Source of the DNA: an uncultured Alphaproteobacteria bacterium
GTDB taxonomy: Bacteria > Pseudomonadota > Alphaproteobacteria > HIMB59 > GCA-002718135
Reading direction: 5' to 3'
Assembly (NCBI GenBank): GCA_902628835.1
Contig: CACOPD010000003.1
Span: 22,053 to 86,052, forward strand
DNA length: 64,000 bases
How positions within the stretch are numbered: position 1 is the first letter of the stretch; each line of letters starts with the position of its first letter. The notes below the pieces were generated by a model. The model saw only the letters and a list, made by a program, of their open reading frames with translations. It was not told where the DNA came from and made no database searches. Shown piece by piece: positions 49,125 through 56,696 of this stretch. Made by a program: the position numbers and the translations under genes.

Positions 49125-49952
49125 TTAAAAATTTTCTGAAAGCTTTAAAAATTTATCAAATTCACTTTGATCAATATTAACAGTAATTTTTGGATCATCA
49201 AATTTTTTATTTACTGTGTCGTCATGAAACTCTTTAAATGCATTTATTCTTTCAGATTGAAGTTTTTCAAATTCTTTTTTAAAATCTCTGTAAATACGAG
49301 CATGTCTTGGTATTTTCCCTTGTGTATATCCAAGCACATCATTTGCAAATAAATATTGTCCATCACATCCTGAACCACTACCCATTGAAAGGGTCATGAT
49401 ATCAACTTTTTTTGTTATTACTTCAGCAACTTTTGGAGGAACTACTTCAAGCTCAACACCGACTGCACCGGCTTCTTGTAATTTCAAAGTATGTTCTAAG
49501 ATTCTAATAGCTTTATCTGCTGTTTTACCTTGAGCGACAAAACCACCGATCCATGTTGCATTTCCAGGAACTAATCCGACATGACTATTAATTGGGACAT
49601 ATTCATCTCTTAATGCACGTATCCATTTATAACTCCAATTGCCTCCGTAAATAACATCTGCGCCAATATCTAAATATTTATGAGATAACTTCATTGCCTC
49701 GTATTCAGAAGCAACTCTTACAGCACCTCCTGACTGCATAAAGCAAGTTGGTGCAGCTTCACGAATTCTTTTTAATTCATCAAAAGAATTATAAATTCCA
49801 AATTGTGGAGCATCATGAGAAGTGCATATCATATCTATACCTGCTTCTTCTGCTGCAGCAGCTTCGTCTGCATTATGGACAAACATGACGCTTAGTTGTC
49901 TTTTACCTTTACATTGTAAATAGTCATAGACCGTTAGTTTTTTTCTACTCAT
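49125..49952 (-). CDS. PanB-like protein, divergent, copy 2.
   Basis: Contains NSHVGLVPGNATWIGGFVAQGKT, AGAVGVELEVVP and SMGSGSGCDGQYLF…GKIPRHARIY. CTSHDAP replaces GDSLGM. It is a paralog of 47272..48105. Confidence 0.7.
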   Translation of the reverse strand: MSRKKLTVYDYLQCKGKRQLSVMFVHNADEAAAAEEAGIDMICTSHDAPQFGIYNSFDELKRIREAAPTCFMQSGGAVRVASEYEAMKLSHKYLDIGADVIYGGNWSYKWIRALRDEYVPINSHVGLVPGNATWIGGFVAQGKTADKAIRILEHTLKLQEAGAVGVELEVVPPKVAEVITKKVDIMTLSMGSGSGCDGQYLFANDVLGYTQGKIPRHARIYRDFKKEFEKLQSERINAFKEFHDDTVNKKFDDPKITVNIDQSEFDKFLKLSENF

Positions 49953-49968
49953 AAAATCTCCAGTTTAC

Positions 49969-50286
49969 TTAATCTATCTTAATGAAAATTTTATCATTAT
50001 CAACTTTTACTGGATATGTCTTTAAATCCTCACAAGCAGGAGGGCTAAGAGCTTCTCCAGATTTAATGTTAAATACACCTTGATGCATTGGACATTCTAT
50101 TTCGTCATCCATCACTAAACCATCTTCAAGATGAACTACTTCATGAGTGCAGTAGCCATCAGTTGCATAAAATCCATCGGTTAATCTGTACACACAAAAT
50201 GTTTTATCACCATGATCAAATCTTATAAGGTCTTCTTCTTCTATACTGTCTATAGAGCCGACTTCTATCCAATTTTCTTCCGCCAT
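49969..50286 (-). CDS. Rieske-type [2Fe-2S] ferredoxin.
   Basis: 105 aa with CTHEVVH…(x15)…CPMHQGVF (CxH…CxxH). Its size is that of BphF/TodB-like soluble electron carriers. Confidence 0.85.
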   Translation of the reverse strand: MAEENWIEVGSIDSIEEEDLIRFDHGDKTFCVYRLTDGFYATDGYCTHEVVHLEDGLVMDDEIECPMHQGVFNIKSGEALSPPACEDLKTYPVKVDNDKIFIKID

Positions 50287-50324
50287 AATGATATATATAT
50301 TAGTAAAATTAGTAAAATAAATAG

Positions 50325-51554
50325 TTATTTAGATATAAGTTTATTAAGTTTTTGGCTTTCATCGCCTAAAATTCTTTTATCAACCATTACATTTTTTTCT
50401 GCTAATTTTGTAGTAATACGAATATCTCGTCCAACTTTTCCAGCGACACCTAAACCACATGCACCTTTGATCGATTTATTTTTGAGAAAAAAATAAATAA
50501 TTCCATTTTCAATATTTTTTCCTCTTTCAATAATTTCATCAAAGTTTTCACAAATACCAGTCAACTGAAGATTTAAATTAAATTGATCAGACCACATCCA
50601 TGGAATTGAGGTGTATTCTGTTTTAAGTCCAGATATATTTTTACCTGCACAAATACCATGGTTCTGAGCATGCTGATAAGACTCTAAGCGTATATACTGC
50701 TTATATAAAGGGTGATAAAAATTAGATACATCACCAGCAGCGTAAACATCTTTAATTGATGTTTCACAAAATTCATTTGTTACAATTCCGTTATCTAATT
50801 TCAAGTCTGTATTTTCAAATAATGAAACACTTGGCTTTGATCCTATGCCTGCGATAATAAAGTCTGCTTCTAGTTCGGAATTATCACTTAATAAAATCTT
50901 ATAGTTTTCATTAAATTTGGATATTTGTAAAATTTGTTTGTTTAAAATTATTTTGTTACCTGCAGCTTCATGCGTATGTTTAACCAAATCAGCAATTGGT
51001 TTAGGTATAATTCTGCCCATAAGCTGATTTCCTATCTCAATTAGAGTTACTTTTTTATTAAGCTGAGAAAGAGATGATGCTATTTCAAGTCCAATAAAAC
51101 CACCGCCAATAATTACAATATTATTTTTGTTTTCAATTTTCTTTTTAATTATCTTTGCTTCTTCTAAATTTCTAAGATAATGAATCTCATTTTCTAAATT
51201 ATTATCTAATTTAAGTTTATTATTTTCAGAACCTGTAGCAATCAACAAAATGTCATACCTATATTCTTTCTCATTATTAGAAACTAAAGTTTTTGTGTTA
51301 AAATCTACTTTTTCTATATTTGTATTTATATAAAAAATTTTTTTATCATCTAATATCTTTGAATTATTGAAGACTAAATCCTCTTCATTTTTTTTATTTA
51401 ACAAATAGTCTTTAGATAAAGGTGGTCTCTCATAAGGAAGTTGCTTTTCTTCACCTAAAATAGTAATTGATACTTTTTCATCATTTCTTCGTGTTTCTCT
51501 TGCTGCATATAAAGCGGATTGGCCTCCGCCTAAAATAAGTATTTTCTTTTTCAC
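50325..51554 (-). CDS. FAD-dependent NAD(P)H:ferredoxin reductase (pyridine nucleotide-disulfide oxidoreductase family).
   Basis: Contains ILILGGGQSALYAA (FAD), YERPPLSK, IVIIGGGFIGLEIAS (NAD) and YAAGDV. Its 409-aa length resembles BphG/TodA/putidaredoxin-reductase-type enzymes. Confidence 0.85.
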   Translation of the reverse strand: MKKKILILGGGQSALYAARETRRNDEKVSITILGEEKQLPYERPPLSKDYLLNKKNEEDLVFNNSKILDDKKIFYINTNIEKVDFNTKTLVSNNEKEYRYDILLIATGSENNKLKLDNNLENEIHYLRNLEEAKIIKKKIENKNNIVIIGGGFIGLEIASSLSQLNKKVTLIEIGNQLMGRIIPKPIADLVKHTHEAAGNKIILNKQILQISKFNENYKILLSDNSELEADFIIAGIGSKPSVSLFENTDLKLDNGIVTNEFCETSIKDVYAAGDVSNFYHPLYKQYIRLESYQHAQNHGICAGKNISGLKTEYTSIPWMWSDQFNLNLQLTGICENFDEIIERGKNIENGIIYFFLKNKSIKGACGLGVAGKVGRDIRITTKLAEKNVMVDKRILGDESQKLNKLISK

Positions 51555-51558
51555 AAGT

Positions 51559-52545
51559 TTAAATTTTACTTGGAATTAAAAGTTCAATTTTATAATCAGG
51601 ATTTTTTGATTGTTTATATAATGCCGGAATAATTTCTTTGTAAGCACCCCACAAACCCTTTCTTATTGGTGGCATTTGATCCTTAATCATATCATGTAAT
51701 TTTGGTAAGTTGTAGGAAGGAACCTGTGGAAACATATGGTGCTCAATATGATATTCCATTTGCCAATATAGAAAACTAAATATTGGATTTAAAAGAACGG
51801 TTCTAGTGCTATGTCTGTGATCTTTAACATCTTCCTTAAGACCAGCATGCTGAGTTGCTCCAAAAAGAGTTATCAATGTTTTTCCATAAAAATTTGGTAA
51901 AACGATAAATAATAAAGGAAGCCATGATTGGAAGTATATAGATGCTGCAAGTGTAGCTACCCATATAAAAACATGACTTCTTGCTGACCATCTGCATTTA
52001 TTTCTTTCCTTTTCAGGAATACAAACTTTCATAACATCTGTTGTTACACCACAAGCATGCTTAATTGTTTCCCAGTGAAGTGAATTATGTATGTAAAGGA
52101 AACTTGAGAAAGGTATAAATAGAGAAAAAAACCATATTAGGTCTGTTGGTTTTTTCACAAGTATTTCAAAATCATAAGGATCGTTGAATATTGTATAAGA
52201 GTGATGATGAAAATGGGAGTAGCGCCATCTTACTGGCTCAAAGTTATCCATGAAGCCAGCAATATAATAAAAAAAATCATTCCAAAACTTACTTTTAAAT
52301 GCAGTTCTGTGTCCAGTTTCATGCCACAGCGCGTCTGAACAACCCCAGATATTACCATATATAAAAAAGAAAAGTACACACCACCATGTGCCCCATGTTA
52401 AATAAGCGAGGTATCCAGAAATAAATAATGCTGAGAAATATATAATCATGTGTTTAAAACCTTGCCAGTCAGATTTTTTACACAGTTTTTTAAATTCTTT
52501 TTTATCTATATCAGCTCGATACCATTTACCTAAATCAACTTCCAT
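51559..52545 (-). CDS. Membrane fatty-acid-desaturase-family di-iron oxygenase, copy 2.
   Basis: His boxes HETGHR, HFHHHSYT and HIEHHMFP. It is collinear with copy 1, for example HRHSTRTVLLNPIFSFLYWQMEYHIEHHMFP versus HRKSTRTVIMNPFFSFLYSSMEYHIEHHIFP. Confidence 0.8.
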   Translation of the reverse strand: MEVDLGKWYRADIDKKEFKKLCKKSDWQGFKHMIIYFSALFISGYLAYLTWGTWWCVLFFFIYGNIWGCSDALWHETGHRTAFKSKFWNDFFYYIAGFMDNFEPVRWRYSHFHHHSYTIFNDPYDFEILVKKPTDLIWFFSLFIPFSSFLYIHNSLHWETIKHACGVTTDVMKVCIPEKERNKCRWSARSHVFIWVATLAASIYFQSWLPLLFIVLPNFYGKTLITLFGATQHAGLKEDVKDHRHSTRTVLLNPIFSFLYWQMEYHIEHHMFPQVPSYNLPKLHDMIKDQMPPIRKGLWGAYKEIIPALYKQSKNPDYKIELLIPSKI

Positions 52546-52723
52546 GACTTAAAATATCACTTTTTGGAAAAGGATTAAATATAAAATTAAAAATTTAATA
52601 TCAAATATGTCGCATTTTCTCTTATTTTGGCTCATGTTTAAATTTAAAATTTTAGTAAATAAATGTATTTGTATTATTCTTTTTTATACTTATAAATTAA
52701 AGCATAAATTATTTGGAGGAATT

Positions 52724-53704
52724 ATGAAAAAAATCTTTGCCGTCATTGCTCTATTTTTTGCTTTTGTATCTACTTCAGCAGTAGCAAAAAATGATTACAG
52801 CTGTGATAAGAAATTTATATTTTTCCCAGGTGGTCCTGAAGGTGGTCCATTTGGAACTATCGTTTACAATGGTGCAGTAGCTGCTGCTGAACACACTGGT
52901 TGCGATGTAGATTACTACTGGTCACAATGGAACTCAGAAATAATGATTAAGCAGTTTAAAGAAGCTGTTGCCTTACAACCTGATGGAATTGCAATCTATG
53001 GTTTTCCAGGTGATGCTGCTATGAGACCAATTATTCAAGAAGCTAGAGAAATGGGAATAGTAATTACTACTATGAACACACCTCTTCCTGATCTTGAAGC
53101 AGAATATAAAACTGAAGGTTTTGGTTATGCTGGAGCAGATCTATTTGATGCTGGATTTAATCTAGGTAAAAAAGCTGTTGAGGTTTGTGGTTTACAAGCT
53201 GGAGACAAAGCTTTTATCTGGGGTCTAGCAAGTATGCCAAATAGAGGAGAAAGAACAAAAGGTGCAATAGCTGGTGTTGAAGCAGCTGGTGTCGAAGTTG
53301 TTTATCAAGAAATTCCTGATAACGTAAACTCAGATGCATCTCAGGGAACTCCTATGTACGTTGCTACTTACAGTGCAAATCCTGATATAAAAATGGCTAT
53401 TACAGATCATGGAGGATTAACTGCAAGTTTACCAACATACATGAAAGCTGCAGGTCATGGTACTGAAGAAGTATGTGGTGCTGGATTTGATTTATCAGCT
53501 CCAATTGTTGACGGAATTAATTCTGGATACATTGATGTAGTAATTGATCAGCAACCATTTATCCAAGGATATATGCCAATTGTTCAGTTATTCCTGAGCA
53601 CTAAATACGGAATGGCTGGATTAGCAATGGATACTGGTGCTGCATTTGTTACAGCTGATAACGTAGGTGCTGTTGCTCCATTAGCTGCAGTACAAATCAG
53701 ATAA
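52724..53704 (+). CDS. Periplasmic sugar-binding protein (PBP type I, CUT2-type ABC transporter).
   Basis: GGAGGA 4 nt upstream of ATG 52724 and signal peptide MKKIFAVIALFFAFVSTSAVA. The track's start at 52607 adds a non-credible 39-aa extension. Composition is rich in A/G, like the other abundant binding proteins. Confidence 0.85.
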   Translation: MKKIFAVIALFFAFVSTSAVAKNDYSCDKKFIFFPGGPEGGPFGTIVYNGAVAAAEHTGCDVDYYWSQWNSEIMIKQFKEAVALQPDGIAIYGFPGDAAMRPIIQEAREMGIVITTMNTPLPDLEAEYKTEGFGYAGADLFDAGFNLGKKAVEVCGLQAGDKAFIWGLASMPNRGERTKGAIAGVEAAGVEVVYQEIPDNVNSDASQGTPMYVATYSANPDIKMAITDHGGLTASLPTYMKAAGHGTEEVCGAGFDLSAPIVDGINSGYIDVVIDQQPFIQGYMPIVQLFLSTKYGMAGLAMDTGAAFVTADNVGAVAPLAAVQIR

Positions 53705-53718
53705 ATAAAATTATATAA

Positions 53719-53748
53719 CCTGCCTTATTTTAAGGCAGGTTTTTTTTT
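53719..53748 (+). terminator. Intrinsic terminator/attenuator between the binding-protein gene and the ATPase gene.
   Basis: CCTGCCTTA-TTT-TAAGGCAGG followed by T9. The ATPase ATG (53749) directly follows the T-run. Confidence 0.75.
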
Positions 53749-54516
53749 ATGGCAGAAGAACTCTTAAAATTAGAAAATATTTATAAAAACTTTGGAAACG
53801 TAAAAGTTTTAAAAGATGTAAACATCAAAATAAATAAAGGTGAAGTGGTAGCTTTAATTGGTGATAACGGAGCTGGAAAATCAACACTTATAAAAGTCAT
53901 AACGGGAGTCCATACGCCAAACTCAGGAAAAGTTTTTTTCAAACAAGAAGAAGTTCAAATAAAATCAGTTGCTCAATCAAGAAAAATGGGGATTGAAGCC
54001 GTATATCAAGAAAGAGCATTATGTGATCAACAAGAATTATACAGAAATATTTTTGCTGGAAGAGAAATTACAAATTCATTTGGTTTTTTAGATATAAAAA
54101 AACAAAGAAAAGAAGCTGAAAAGATTTTACGTGACTATATAGGGTTTACTTCAAAAGCCATAACAGTTGACTCTCAAGTAATGGGACTTTCTGGTGGAGA
54201 AAAACAGGGTGTAGCTTTTGGTAGATCATTATATTTTAATTCTGATTTAATCGTATTAGATGAACCAACTATGGGTTTATCGATTCAAGAAACTGAAAAA
54301 GTTCTTAATTTTGTAAAAGGTTTAAAAAATGAAAATAAATCTGCAATTTTTATCGATCATAATATAATACACGTTTACGGAGCTGCAGATAGATTTATTA
54401 TCTTAGATAGAGGTGAAGTAGTTGGTGAATTTAATAAAGAAGATATTTCTAGAGAAGAACTTGTTCAAAAAATGATTCAACTCCATGAATCAGGAAAAAT
54501 AAAAGTGGAAGATTAA
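53749..54516 (+). CDS. ABC transporter ATP-binding protein with a single nucleotide-binding domain (FrcA-like).
   Basis: Contains GDNGAGKST, LSGGEKQGVA and VLDEPTMGL. At 255 aa it is half the size of typical CUT2 ATPases. Confidence 0.9.
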   Translation: MAEELLKLENIYKNFGNVKVLKDVNIKINKGEVVALIGDNGAGKSTLIKVITGVHTPNSGKVFFKQEEVQIKSVAQSRKMGIEAVYQERALCDQQELYRNIFAGREITNSFGFLDIKKQRKEAEKILRDYIGFTSKAITVDSQVMGLSGGEKQGVAFGRSLYFNSDLIVLDEPTMGLSIQETEKVLNFVKGLKNENKSAIFIDHNIIHVYGAADRFIILDRGEVVGEFNKEDISREELVQKMIQLHESGKIKVED

Positions 54517-55494
54517 ATGAATAATTTAATAAATAGTTATTTTGTAAAAACTCACAAACTTGAAATTAGTATTACAATAATTGCTTTAGTACTTTTCTTA
54601 ATTTACTTTTTGGGTGCACCACATGTATTTACAAGATTTCCTATTTATAGAGCTTTTATGCAATCAATGCCTTTTTTTGGAATTATTGCTATATCAGCAA
54701 CATTTGTTGTTACACTTGGTGAAATTGATTTATCATTTCCATCTATAGTTGGAATTACTTCTCTCATATTTGGAATCATAATGACATCAACTGATGGTAA
54801 TTTTTTTATAGCATTTATCTTAGCAACTTCACTTGGAATGTTTGCTGGATTAGTAAATGGATTACTTGTTACTAAAATTGGGATACCTTCAATAGTTGCC
54901 ACTATAGGTACATTGTTTTTTTGGCGTGGATTGGTTAATGTAATTTCTCAAGGTAGTGGTATTGCGATAGTTGATGTAGCAGATGGAACCTGGCATCATA
55001 TGATTTTTGTTGAAAAACTATTTGGAAAAATTCCAATGCAATTTATTTGGTTTATTGTATTAACTGGATTGATGCAATGGGTTTATCGATACCATAAATT
55101 TGGAAATCACATTCACTTTGTAGGTGATAACAAAGCAAGTGCTCAAATGATGGGAATTAATGTTGATAATGTAAAAATAATCGCTTTTGTTCAATTAGGC
55201 TTTTTCTCTGCTTTAGCAGGAATTTTTACAATGTATGAAATGTTATATTTCTGGCCTACACAAGGTGAAGGTTTAATGTTAACCACACTAGCAGCTGTCT
55301 TTGTTGGCGGTACTTCAGTCTTTGGTGGCAAGGGTACTATTTTTGGGACATTTATTGGAGTGTTAATAATTGGCTCTTTAGAATCAGGAATAGTTGCTCT
55401 AGGCTTATCGGGTTTTTATGTAAAATTTATTAATGGACTCATGATTACAGTTGCTGTTACAGTTTACGCTCTAATACAAAGAAGAAAAAATTAA
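54517..55494 (+). CDS. ABC transporter permease (RbsC/FrcC type).
   Basis: Multi-pass membrane protein with GEIDLSFPSIVG and GGKGTIFGT. Confidence 0.9.
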   Translation: MNNLINSYFVKTHKLEISITIIALVLFLIYFLGAPHVFTRFPIYRAFMQSMPFFGIIAISATFVVTLGEIDLSFPSIVGITSLIFGIIMTSTDGNFFIAFILATSLGMFAGLVNGLLVTKIGIPSIVATIGTLFFWRGLVNVISQGSGIAIVDVADGTWHHMIFVEKLFGKIPMQFIWFIVLTGLMQWVYRYHKFGNHIHFVGDNKASAQMMGINVDNVKIIAFVQLGFFSALAGIFTMYEMLYFWPTQGEGLMLTTLAAVFVGGTSVFGGKGTIFGTFIGVLIIGSLESGIVALGLSGFYVKFINGLMITVAVTVYALIQRRKN

Positions 55495-56228
55495 TAAGTA
55501 GCTCGACCTCCACTCAAATCAAAAGTTGATCCTGTCGTATAAGAATTTTCTTCAGAAGACATCCATGCAACTAAGGAAGCTAATTCTTCAACCAACACAA
55601 ATCTATTTCTAGGAATTTTTGATAACATATAATCAATATGTTCTTGAGTAATTTGATCGAAAATACGCGTCTTAGCAGGTGCAGGGGTAACACAATTCAC
55701 TGCAATGTTATTTTCAGCTAATTCTTTTCCTAATGATTTAGTAAGCGCAATAACTCCTGCTTTTGCTGCACTATAAGGCATTGCATTAGGATTGCCTTCC
55801 TTTCCTGCTATTGAGGAAATATTAACAATGCGTCCATAATTATGCTTCATAAAATGAGGGACAACAGTTTTACAACAAAAAAATACTCCACTAAGATCTA
55901 TGTCTATAACTTTTTGCCACTCCTCAAGAGGATAATCCCATGTCTTAAAGTTTGGTCCAGCTATTCCTGCATTATTTACTAGAATATCAATTTTATTTTC
56001 GTATGTAAGACTTTTGGCGAATGCATTCTTCACACTTTTATAGTTTGAAACATCAACTTCAATTTTTTGAGTATTTTTTAAATCAACCTTGTTCAGATAC
56101 TCTACATCTTTATCCCATATTAAAACTTTAGCACCTGAGTCTATAAATCTTTTCGTGATTGCTAAACCAAAACCTTGTGCTCCTCCAGTAACGATAGCTA
56201 CTCTATTTTCTAAATTAATTTTGTTCAT
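55491..56228 (-). CDS. Short-chain dehydrogenase/reductase (FabG-like).
   Basis: Contains IVTGGAQGFG, NNAG and YSAAKAG. Confidence 0.9.
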   Translation of the reverse strand: MNKINLENRVAIVTGGAQGFGLAITKRFIDSGAKVLIWDKDVEYLNKVDLKNTQKIEVDVSNYKSVKNAFAKSLTYENKIDILVNNAGIAGPNFKTWDYPLEEWQKVIDIDLSGVFFCCKTVVPHFMKHNYGRIVNISSIAGKEGNPNAMPYSAAKAGVIALTKSLGKELAENNIAVNCVTPAPAKTRIFDQITQEHIDYMLSKIPRNRFVLVEELASLVAWMSSEENSYTTGSTFDLSGGRATY

Positions 56229-56692
56229 TAAATTTGTTCTAAAATATATTCAGCTGAACTTACACGGTATTCACCATTATTTTCAACAAACTTATTAATA
56301 ATTGTATTATCATCAATTATCATAGCAAACCTTAGACACCTAAAACCCATATAGTTTTTAGTTTTATCAGATACTAAGTCAAAATACTTTGTGATCTCAG
56401 CATTTCCATCTGCAATTCCGTTAATCATTTCACCATCTGTATAGCTCACTAACCAAGATTTCATAACATGTTCATCGTTTACAGAAAGACAATAAATGTC
56501 ATCAATTTTTTTATTTATAAATGAATTGTATAATTTTATATAACCCGGAAGATGTTTCTCAGAACAAGTTGGTGTAAATGCTCCAGGAACACCAAAAAGG
56601 ATAATTTTTTTATTTTTAAATTCGTATTTTAAAGAAGATACTGATGATACACCTTTTTTAATAATAGGTACTTTAAAGTCATTAATAATCAT
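56228..56692 (-). CDS. Peroxiredoxin, Prx5-like (AhpC/TSA family).
   Basis: Contains GVPGAFTPTCS, the peroxidatic Cys motif. The likely start is ATG 56692 (MIINDFKVP…), 4 nt after the dsbD stop. Its TAA stop shares one base with the downstream SDR ATG. Confidence 0.85.
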   Translation of the reverse strand: MIINDFKVPIIKKGVSSVSSLKYEFKNKKIILFGVPGAFTPTCSEKHLPGYIKLYNSFINKKIDDIYCLSVNDEHVMKSWLVSYTDGEMINGIADGNAEITKYFDLVSDKTKNYMGFRCLRFAMIIDDNTIINKFVENNGEYRVSSAEYILEQI

Positions 56693-56696
56693 GTTT

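Noticed and set aside
52607-52723. N-terminal 39-aa extension of the binding protein (the track starts at 52607). Similar extensions occur at 22996 (rhaS), 28964 (SDR), 7728 (DUF721), 56722 (Prx) and 5546 (guaB TTG).
   Set aside because: In each case an internal ATG with a good SD, or with a proper signal peptide or conserved N-terminus, exists. The extensions are hydrophobic or AT-rich junk overlapping promoter regions or neighbouring genes.
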